DNA of 64,000 bases from a virus. Its lineage: Duplodnaviria; Caudoviricetes. Location of the stretch: the IMG/VR virus record IMGVR_UViG_3300021167_000098, positions 30,499-94,498 of that record. One strand, given 5' to 3'. Under the pieces are notes generated by a model. The model saw only the letters and a list, made by a program, of their open reading frames with translations, searched no databases and had not been told where the DNA came from. Position 1 is the first letter of the stretch, and every line of letters begins with the position of its first letter. Positions 1 through 12,000 of the stretch are shown piece after piece. The position numbers were made by a program, and so were the translations under genes.

Positions 1-3000
1 AAAACATTATTAGGATTAACTGTAATACCAAATGATTCAAGTATAGTTCTGAATAATCCTTCAAATGCCTCTACAATTCTTTCTAAGAAAGATTTAACTT
101 CTGGTTTAGATGCCTTAATCTCATTAAGAACAGTCTGGAAGTTATTATCTGACCAAGCCATTGTAACAAACTCCTGAACATTAACTAATCCATAATACTT
201 AGCTTTCATCTGTGGTGTAATACCAGAGGTAGTTGTATTAATAGATTTGTTATTAGGAGATTCTAATACAAAGTTGATTGTATCCTGCAAAGATAAGATT
301 TTATTAGCATTTTTAACTTCATCTTGCTTTAATAAATTCATATAATTTCCAAGAAACTCAGTAAGTTCTTTTTTATTATTCTTTCTAGCAGCCTTTAAAG
401 CATCTTTTCTAAGTATATCTAATCTTTTAATTGATATTCTTTGAGCTTCAGTTACAGAATTAGGATCTTTCATGTATCTTTCAACAATAGGATTAAATGC
501 TGAATGCCAAGACTCATGTATAATTCCAGATATAATATCTTCTCTATTAGATTTAGAGTTAAATTTATTATCTAAGTTAGGATTAATAACAATTTTATCT
601 TCAGATGCAATGTATCTACCTGTATTTTTAGCTTCAGTATCTACTGATATTTTAGCAGTAGGAGAAACAATTTGTCTAAGGATGTCTGCAATCTCTGTTT
701 GATTACTATTACCATAAGTTTTAATATTCTCTAAAGCATCTGTTAAATCAGTTTCTGACTCAGGTATTAATCTATTAGCCATTTCTTCATTACCCAACTC
801 ATATGCATTTACAGAAGAAGTATCTACAAATCCAGTTGATGAATTCATATTTCTACTTTCATATGTTCCAAGTAAAGGAATAGCACTTAATATATATTGT
901 CCAGTCTTAGGATCTTTATTAGTCTTAAACAACATGGTTGTATCAAACTCTCCATTAACTTCATTCTGAGGATCAGCAAATGTAATATAGTTAAACTTAT
1001 TAGGTTCTCTATCTTCATCTAATTCTGTATAGATTGGGTTAGATGTACTACTAAACCAAGCATTCTTCATAGCTGAATTTCTTGCTATCTCATTACCAAT
1101 ACTTGTTTTTTCTTCATCAGATAAGCCAGGTTTCTTTAACTCAGATTGTAACTGAAGTATTTTATCCAAATAAGTATTATAGTTTTGTAATTCAATAGTA
1201 CTTGTATAAGATCTTCTCATTACTTTCTTAGGAGCAAAGCTAGGATTATGTCTTATGAACTGCTCCATAAAATCAGCATATTTAATATTATCATCCATCA
1301 TATCCATAGTAGCTTTATTAAGATATGCACTAACTACATTAGATTGTTGTACAGATGCAGGAATATACATCATAAAGTTATTAGCTGATTGTATTGGATT
1401 GGTTAAGAAAGAATAAGTAATTAAATCATTACCAAATCTTCTTAATTCCTCATCACTACTATTCAACATTTTAAGTAATGAAACTGTATTCAAGTACTCA
1501 TCTTGTCTTTGTGACTTACCAGCAGAATATTTTAATCTTCTTTCTTTATTAATCTTATCATATTCTACTACAATACCTTTTAATAAATAATCTCCAGATG
1601 TATTCTCTGCTTGATATTTCTTTAATCTATCAAAGATGTTATCATCTCCTTCTTTAAGTCTTGCTCTTTCTGCAACTACATCTCCACTTGAATATATATC
1701 ATTATTAGCAAATATGTAAGTTTTATAGAAATTAAATATATTTCTATAATCTTTTTCATCAAGTGATTTATTCTGTCCTTTAAAGTAATCAGTTACTTTA
1801 TTGAATAGATTTCTGTAAGGAAACATTTTACCAAATAAGTTATTGGCAAATATAACTCCTTCTTTCATAGCTACACCATATTCAGAGTCTTCTAATGATT
1901 GAACATTGTTTAACTTAATACCAAAGTAAGAGGATTCATAATTTCCATCTTGTATTCTGTCCTTAAACATTCTTTCTTTCATCAAAGACTCAATAAATGA
2001 TTTACCAATACCTTTAGTTGAACCATCTATTGCCTTTTGTGTACCAGCAACTATCTGACCTACTTCATCTAAAGCTAAGAAACCTAAGAATGCATTAAGT
2101 TGAACTCTATAATATTTATCTAATTGTTCAGGAGTAGCTGAATCCAAATCTAATTTCTTAGCTGAATTAAGTTCAATAACTCCTGGTATAACTATATTTT
2201 TAATTAACTCCATATGAGAAGGTATCTTAATATATTCATCTGCTTTCTGATGTATTAATTTATAATACTTCTCAATAATAGATGATTTTAATTTACCTTC
2301 TGCATATCTACTGAATTTAGCTTTAGAAAACTGATTAAAACTGGCAGCTTTAGATTCTATAAATTCATGTATAATATCTTGTTCCACTAATGCAACTACA
2401 TGGTCATTTGCTACTGATCCTATTCCTGGTGTTCCACCTTCCTGATATCCACCTTTAGAACTATCAGATAACATTAATAATGCATTTGCAGCATTAAATG
2501 TATCCTCATTTAAATTAAGTGCTCCTAATCTACCATTCTTAGCATTATCTACTGATTCAGACTGAATATTCTGTAAGTTTTTATGTATCCTTCTATCTTC
2601 ATTATCATATTGACTTCTAGCATCATTACCTAAAATATCAAGATTTAATACCTTACCTTTAGATTTAATTTTAATAGATAAGTCTTGTCCTTCCTGAAGT
2701 AAAGTAATACCTTTATTCTGGATCATTGCATTCATTACAATACCATTTGCTTCAATAGCAACACCTTGTTTTCCTGCTCTGTTTTCCAAATATGTATCTC
2801 TATTAAATTTAGGAGATATTAATCCAGCAGCTTCATTCTTACTAGTTCTCTTTTCAAATTCTAATCTTAAATCATCCATATCTAATGACTCAGCTATTCT
2901 TTCAAACATATTTTCATCTGTAAGAACTTCCCAGTGTAAATCAAAATATTGATTCTGTAAAGATTTAATATCCTGACCAACTATTGAAGTAGGATCAAAA

Positions 3001-6000
3001 TCTTTAGTTGCTTCATTTAATTCTGAATACAACTGATCTAATTCTTGTTGAATAGCTTTACCTTCAGTTGTATTTGCAAATTTTCTCTTTTCTTCTCCAA
3101 TTAACTTTAAGTCACTATCTATATCTTTAACTCTTTGATCTAATTGTTTAAGTTCATATAAGTTTCTATCTATATCAACCTGATCATCAGCAGTTATTTC
3201 TGTTCCCCAATAAGATTGTATTGCATCTTCATACTCTTTAATAGAGTCAGTTGTATCTTGTCTTAATTGTTTAATAGCAGACACTTGTTCAAGAACTCCT
3301 TCTCCAACTAATCTGGTAAGTTCATCAGCTCTTCTCTTTTTAAGTTCATCTATTCTTGGAGTAAATGGATCTGTTAAAACTTTTCTAGCTTTGTATATTG
3401 CTTTAGGATTAGGATCATATTTGCTTATTTGTCCTGTCTTAGAATTAACTACATAGTTCCACATGTAAGTATATAACTTATCCACATCAAAGTCAGAACC
3501 CATCTGTACTGAAATCTCAGCAGGAACAACAATAGTATTACCCATATACTCTGGTAAAAAACCAAGTATTCTAATAGGTAACATAGAGTTAGGTCCTTGT
3601 CCTGGAATCCTACCACCAATAAGGTTAAGTAAACTTGGATCTATTTTAGACATATCCAAGTAAGTTCCTGTCTCATCTGTAATAGTATAATCATTTAAAT
3701 TTAATTTATTCTGAACTCCATCCTTACCTTTATTAGATAAGAATTGGAAAGGAACATATACTCCAGCTCCTACTATCTTACCATCTTTTTTAGTTATAAA
3801 TGGTAAATCCATAGACATATTATGTCCTGGAACAGTAACTATATCTCTTTTAAAATCATCAGGTATTTGATCAGGAGTTATTACACCACTTGCAGATGTT
3901 TGTACATAAGAATGTCCATGGACTTTCTGCAATATAATTCCTGAAACTAATGATGCTAATACAGATTCATACTTCTGAGAAGCAGTATTAAAGAACATAG
4001 GGTCTAACTTACCATCAACTATTCTTAATTGATCAATAACATTTTTACTAAATCCTCTACTAAATGCTTCTTTTTTAAGAAGTTCTACTACTTTATTAAG
4101 GTCTTGAAACTCATATGTCTCACCATCCTCCTGAAGTTTAGCACCAAATCTCTTTAAGAAATCAGCTTTAGCTTCTCTGAACATTGCTTTTTTAACTTCA
4201 GCTTTTCTTCCAAGTACATCTGTTTTATCATGTTGGGCATATCCTTCAGTAAATAGTTTATCCATCTGAGACATAATAAGAATCTTGTTCTTTAATTCAT
4301 CATATGGTATTTCCTGTTGGATAAAGAAACCTTCTCTTGGAAGTTCTACTGGATATAAAGCATCTATATTAGTTATATTTCCTTTAGCATCCCAGACATT
4401 AGCTATTCTTAAAGCTCCTCCTTTATAAGCAGATTCATAAGCAAGTCTATCAATTGGTGTTTCTCTTAATACATCTCCTTCATAAAACATACCTTGTTTT
4501 AACTTAGCTACTTCAAGTCCTTGAAACAACTGATGTATAATAGGCATAGATGAAGACTTAATATATACTTCAACTTGTGTAGCATAATTAGCTCCTCCAA
4601 CTCCATTAGATTTAAACTGAACATTAGATACTTGTACTGGTTTCATCATGCCAAATACAAACTTTAATTCTTCATCTGTAAGTTTATATTGATCAGGTAC
4701 TTTCTGATTCCATTTTAATCTATCTTGATATCTTGCTTTAGGTAACATACTCTTATACATATCCATAGTAAGATCTTGAGTACCTTTAGCAAACATAACA
4801 TGTAAATGTTCTTCAAAACTTGAATACTCTAATGCATCAGCTACATTTATTTTTCCTCTTCCTTTACCATCCATTCCATACATTCCAGCTAATCTCTCAT
4901 TAGCCATAATATCTTTGTTTATAGAAGCTCTATAATTATCTGATATTGCAGCAGAATGATAAGTCTTTTGTGTTTCAGGAGTAAAGGTATCTGTCTTCTC
5001 ATCATATCTGAGAATATCAAAAGAAGGCAATGTACCAGCAGCTAAGTTCTTAGCATTTCTTTTAACTGCATCTATATTAGTAGCATGAATAAAGTTATTT
5101 ACTTCTTCAGAAGTTAAATCAGAAAGTAATTTATTAGATGGACCTTTATAGAAAGATGCAGGATCTCCAGCAACTAATTGATAATATTCAAGTGAAGCAA
5201 AAGTAGAATAATAAATCATCTCTCTTGCAGCTATCTCAACAATCTGAGCATCAGTAAATGTGATTAAAGCATTTAATTTCTCACTAAATACATTCTTACC
5301 ATTACCAATAACTTTAGCTTTCCATTGAGAATCCATTCTTTTAATTCCAATATCATATTTATTCCATAAATCTAATTTGTTTTTAAGCTCTTCATTAAAC
5401 TTATTAGCTGCTAACATACTAACAAATCCAAAATCATTCTTAGGAATAGCAGTATCAAATTTTATTTTACCATTATCCAGATATATAGGATTAGTTTTCT
5501 CATAGTTATTATCAATAATCTTTTCTATAAATTCATCAATGGTCATATTCCATTTTGTAGATGAAGCATTAGTTTCTCCAGATGCCATCATAACTAAATG
5601 TGCTAAATCTGGTTGATTTAATACTTTAGCATGTTCTTCCTGATTATTCATAAATTGTTTATAGAAAGACTCCTCACTATCTGAATCATATCCAGAGAAG
5701 TATCTTTCAGAGTAAGTAGGTAAAATATTTTTAATTTCTGCTTCAAAAGAAGTAGAATCATCAAGTGCTGTAATATCTACAAGACTTACTATCTGCTCTT
5801 TAAGTTTTACTTTAGCAATTTGTATATTAGCAGTAGGTAATAAATAAAAATACTTGTATCCATTGTCATATTTAGTGTTTCCTGTTAAACCATCAATAGT
5901 CTTACTATCAGCTATTCCTGTACTAAGTCCATTGAACTGTCTCATCCTTTCAGATTCAATTTCAACAGATTTAACAAGATAAGCAGAGTTGTTAGCTATC

Positions 6001-9000
6001 TGATCTTCAAGGAATGTATTAGATTCTCTATTAGCTGATAGACTTGTCTTAGCAAATAAACTCTTATCTGAGTTAGTTGGTATCTGAGCAAATCTTCTTT
6101 TATTACCATTGTTTTGTATTCCTCCAAGTTCTTCAGATTCTAATTCAGCAGGTTTTAATTTATTTGATTCTTCAAATATACCTTCTGTTTCTTCTTTTAA
6201 AGCATCCATTAACTCCACATCATAAAGAGAGTCATTAACTAATTCAGATCTTTGTGCAAAAGAAGATGCATTTTCTATATCATAGTTACCTGATTTAATT
6301 CTATCTACAACATTAGATAATGGATTAGGGATAGTATATGCAAATTTAATATTACCACTTGCACTATAAGCAGATTCAGAATCTATATTACCTCTTTTAT
6401 AAGATATAAACTTACCTAAGTTACTTAGATAGTTACCTCCTTCTGTAAATGGATTGTATTTCTCCATAGAGACATAGTTAATAGCTGTCTCTGGATCTTC
6501 TCCAATAAGCTCTGTCTTAGTAGAAGGTATATTTCCTATATTAGAAAATAATACTCCAATAACACCAGATTTATTATTAAAGACATGACTCATATTATTT
6601 CTTTCCCATCCTTCAGCTATCTTAGCATACTCATATGGATAATCAATAATAGATTTAATCTCATCAGTTACAACATCTATTCCTAATTGATTAAGTAATC
6701 CAGCTATTTGTTCAGCATAAACAGCAGAGTTTGGAACTTCACCATATACTTCTTCAAATTCATAATATTGATTAGTAAGCTCTATATAATCTTCTTTAAT
6801 CTTGTTAACTTTATCTGCATTAATTAGATAAGGTTCTGACTCTGAGTTGATTACCATATTGTTATTAGGATCTTCAACTATATCCATAAATGCACTTTGC
6901 CATTTAGATACCATCATTCTACCTCCACTAACTCTATCAGCATCAATTATATTAGCTGAATATTCTCCTCCTTTAGAGTTCCAAAGCATAATACCAGTCT
7001 TATTCTTATGCAAATTAAAGACTGTTCTAAATTCATTCTTGGCACTCATATCCCATTTCTCTATATCATCAGCAACTAAATTTAATACTCTAGACTGATT
7101 CTTCTGCTCTCTAAGGAATTTAACTGCTTCTCCTACTGTCATATATGGTTTATTAGCTAAAAGCTGTCTAATCAATCCATATGTGTTCTCAGGATCAAGA
7201 TATCTATCAAATCCCATTTGTGTTTCTCCATCTCTTATTAAAGCAAGTTTAGATTTTAATCTAAAGGATGCTCTATCTCTATCATCTATATCAAAGATAG
7301 AAGTATCATATCTTTCAACAGCTCTACCATTCTCACCAGAGAAATCCAAAGCTTCCATTTCATCTATTGCTAAATTACCTACTTGTTTACCAGTTATTTT
7401 AAGACCCATAGCCTGAACCTTAGCAAATGCTAAACTCTCTAACTTATTGTAATAAGAAGGCATATCCTTTAATATTGGATTAGTTTGGTTAGGAATATAT
7501 TTTTCAAAATAATATTTCTTAACACTAGCTAAGTTATCACCTATATTTTTAATAGGAGCACTTTTAGCAGTACCATTAAACCTAGTCATTATTCTAGCTG
7601 CAAAGTCATTAACTAAATCATCTTTTAATGAATCAGTCATACCTGGATAATCAATAGTATATGTATCTAATAATGCTTTATTCTTATCATCATCTACAAT
7701 AATAGATTCATAATCTTCTGTTGCAATAGAGAAATCATCATCAGGTACAGGTTTAGATTTCTCTTCTGTAGCTGAAGTATCAGTATTTGTAAGATTATTT
7801 AAAGCAGCTAATTCAGCATTACTTTCTTGTTCAATCTTTTTACTTAAAGCTCCTTGACCATAAAATGATTTAGCATCATATATTACATAAAATGGTGCAA
7901 CTTTAGTATTACCTATAATATGATTACTTACTCGAACACCTTTTACATTTGGGTTAGACTTTTGAAAATCTGTAAATAACTCCATAGCTGCTCCAGGTAC
8001 TTCAGATAAAACATCATTAGTATCATGAATCTCAGAAAATATATAACCTTGTTTTTTTAATTCTTCATATACTTCTTTTTCAGTTTTTGAAGCATTTATT
8101 TTAACAAAATCAGCATCATTGACTTCACCTTGTATTGGTTTACCATATCTACTAACTAGAAATGAAGTGGTATTTGATGATGCGTTTAAACCATCACCAA
8201 ATTGACTAACTTGTTTATTCCCTCTTTGAAAATTATTAAAGTTAAAGTCTTTAGTATCGACATTTGTATGATGATACATAGGTTTGACATTTGCTAACCT
8301 TTCTTTCTTTTTTTGTAGTATATCAGCTTTTTGAACTTCTTTATTAGCCTCTTGAGTGGTTGTTCTTCCTAAAGCAGCTAATTCTGCATCATATTTATCA
8401 TTGATTTTAAATCTTTCTCCTGCTATAAGCCCTTCATAAGAATCAATTCTATTACCTGTAACTAGCTGCCTTACCCCAGTTCTTTTAATTTCACCTTCTG
8501 CTTGTTTTTTTAATTTATTTAATTCGGATGAGTATCTTTGCTCATTATTATTTAATTCTTCTCGTCTTCTTCTTTCTATATCAGCTTTTTTATCTTGTTC
8601 AAATTGATTAGATTTAGGTTGTTGTTCTAATGCTTTTAATTCTGCATCATATTTAGCATTGATTTCTTCCAAATATAATTTGGCATTTTCAAAAACTTCT
8701 GTATATGTTTCCTTAAATTCTTTAGCCCTTTTATAACTATCTTTATTAAGCTTTCCTCCAGGTTCACCTAAGCTAATATTTTCATGTTTTCTAAGACTAT
8801 TTATTAAATGTCCTAAATCATTTACATGAAGTAATTTTTCTACCCATTTTTCTTTAGTTAATTTATTTTTATCTATTTCAGGTAGAAGTTCAACTACATC
8901 TTCTAATTCTTCTTGTCTTCTTCTAGCTATATCTTCAATTATATTAATTGCAGCACCAGGATCTAATCTTAGAGGAGCATCATGTTTCTCTCTTAACCAT

Positions 9001-12000
9001 TCAGCTTCTCCTTCTTTATATTCAGAAGATTCTTCAATTGCTTTAATATCTGCTTCTGCATTCATAGCTGCATCAAAGTCAGAATTATCCACTATTGAAT
9101 CCCCCATTTGTAATCCATAATCAAGATTAAATGTAGCTTGTTCATGGAATATCCATTCTCCATTAGGAGCTTTAGTTGCAAGAATATCAGTAGCTGAATT
9201 ATCAGCAAACATAGCCAAAGGAGATTTAACTACTTTCTGTAAGACTCCTTTGTTTAATTTAATAGTTTCTATGTCAACTTTAGAATTAGTATTAATCTTT
9301 AATACATTCACCTTAGCATCAGCAATATAAGCTGATATAGCACTCTTGATACTCTCAGTTAATTTATTATCTATTAATGCATCAGGCTTAACAAAATCAT
9401 TTTTAGTTGGTTTCTTATTCTTATGTTTGAATACAATTTGTCTTTCACCAGTAGATTTATCTTCACTTAAATCTATATGATCTGCTATTGGTAACTTAGT
9501 ATCAGAGTTTTCATATTCTTGCCCCCATACAGTATTTAATAACTTCATAGCAGCTTGGCTATCTAGCTTTCTTGTAATAGGTCCTTTAGTTAAATAATCC
9601 TCTATAAAAGCATAAACTAAATCATGATCTACCTTATCTACTTTAACAAGAACTCCCATAGTTACACTATCTTCTAGTGTACTTCTTTTCATAGGAAGAG
9701 AAAGGACATTAAATTTACCTTTCTTCTTACTTTCATATTGTCTTACTTGAACACCAGTATCTTTAAGGAACTTAGAAACTCTTACTAAATTAGTATTAGG
9801 AGTTGTTTCTGTTTCATTAGATACTAATCTTGCTGGTCTTCCTGAATTAATAGACTTAATTTTAGTGCGTGGTCTTGCAATTCCAGCATTAATATCTGCT
9901 ATAACTCTTGATCTGTTCTGATAGAGATTAATTAACTCATCAGTAGCCATATTAAAATCTCTGATAACAGTTTTATCTTCTTTCTTAGCAGTCAACATTC
10001 TGGTAAAAGGATTCTTATCCTTATTGTTCTTAAATGGTGCAGCAATTAATGTAGATATTTTATTATAACTATTACCATTTGCCTTATTAGGATCACTTAC
10101 ATATGCTTGAATAGCTGCAAGAACTTGTAATCCTCTATCATTAAGGATCATATATTTGTTCTCAGCATCTGATTTAGTAGGATCTTCCTCTGAGAATAAT
10201 CCTGGAATACTTCCATCAGTTGCAAGAATAGATGCTATAGTAGGAACATATGCTTTATTAACATTCTGTTTATCTCCTTTAATAATTATTTCAATTGGAA
10301 CATCATGTGTATCATAATTACCATCAGTAATTCTAAAATAACCTGGATCACCAACTAAATACTCTTGAGTATCAATTGGCTTTAATGTTCTGGTATTGTT
10401 CTTATTCTTTACTCTACCATTAGTTGATTTAACATACTGTCTTGATAAGTAACTAACAGTTGTAGAAGGAGTAAATAACTTATTCTTTTCCCATTCATCT
10501 TCTATGATAATAGTAGGTTCAACTGGAGGTATAGTAATATCTTCTACAGGTTCAATCTCTTGATCAACTGCTACATTACCTTTAGGTTTCTTGCTTACAT
10601 TCTTAGGTTTAGGTTTTGTTTCTATATTAACAATAGGTTCAATATCCCATTCAAATACTGGTGCTTTCATAGGAGAAGTACTTCCTGGTAAGAATCCACC
10701 TATTGTACCATCCTCTTCTGTTTCTTCAAACTCCTCCTCTTCAAATTCTTCTTCAACAGGAACTTCAGTATGCATGGATTTAAGCATTTCCATTAACTTA
10801 GCAACATACTCTTGTTCAGTAGATGCTTCTACAAATCCTGCCATGAATGCATCTTTAAATCCAGTCTTAGTTACATTACCTTCATCATCTACTTGTGATA
10901 AATAAGGTAACTCATCTTCTGTTCTACCATTAACTGTATATTGAATTATTGCATCATCATCAACAGATGCAGAATTAATATAAGCATAGTTTGTTTCTCC
11001 ATCTTTATTTTTAAACTTAAAGTATCCATTTCCTCTAACAGCCTCATTCATAAATGGACCTAAAATAAGACTTTCTTTTTGTTTAGTTAATTCTTCAGAA
11101 GCTTTATTTAATGTTTCAATATTCTTTAATTGCTCTAAAGTATGTAACTTAAATTGTAATTGTCTTACTTGACCTAATAAATCATTCTTAGCAGCTGTGT
11201 TAATTGATTTCTTAGAAGATGCATCTTTCTTACCTACTCCATCAAATCTTGTTTTAGAGTTCACATCTTTAACAGCTCCTTTGATTTCATCAGCAAGTTC
11301 TTCTAACTTATTAGAAGTTATCTTTTCAGCATTCTTAGATATAAAAGTATTTATTCTATCTTTCCAATATCTGTATTGTGCACTATTAAGATAAGTTTCT
11401 TCTTCAGTGTTTTTCTTTTCTGCTCTATCAAGCATTTCTGTTTGATCTCTAACTGCCTGTAACTCAGGGTCATTTAGAAATTCAGCAGCTTTTTCTTTAT
11501 TTGTTTTATCAAGAGTTTTTAATTCTTCTTCTCTTATAATAAATTTATCTAATTGTCTAATATCATGAGAGTTCATAGACAATGGATCTTCAGATAGTTT
11601 CTTTTTTCTATCTGTTAGATTTCTATATACAATCTGATCAGCTTCAGATAATCCTATAGGATTAATCTTACCTTCAGATATTTCATCAATACTTCCTAAA
11701 TCAACATGATCTGGATTAATAATCTTCTGAGCTTTGTTGTATTCAGCTATCTCATCATTAATTCTTGTTTTAACTGATTCAGATTTCTTATTAACATTCT
11801 CAAATCCTCTTTTAATAATCTTTTTATTCTCTCCAACAAAGAATTTTCTTTCTCCTAACTGAGTATCTTTATGTCTATTCCAACTAGTTTCAATGTCAGT
11901 TAATCTTTCTAACATTTCCTTAGCCTTAGCTCTGGATTCTGGAGTAACTTCTCCATCTACTAAATTAGCAGCTTGTGGAGTGCCATCAGCTATTTCTTGA

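Noticed and set aside
7800-8940. The RNAP insert as an intein, intron or CRISPR-like array
   Set aside because: No intein terminal motifs, the frame stays open, and the repeats are degenerate, protein-coding and unevenly spaced.
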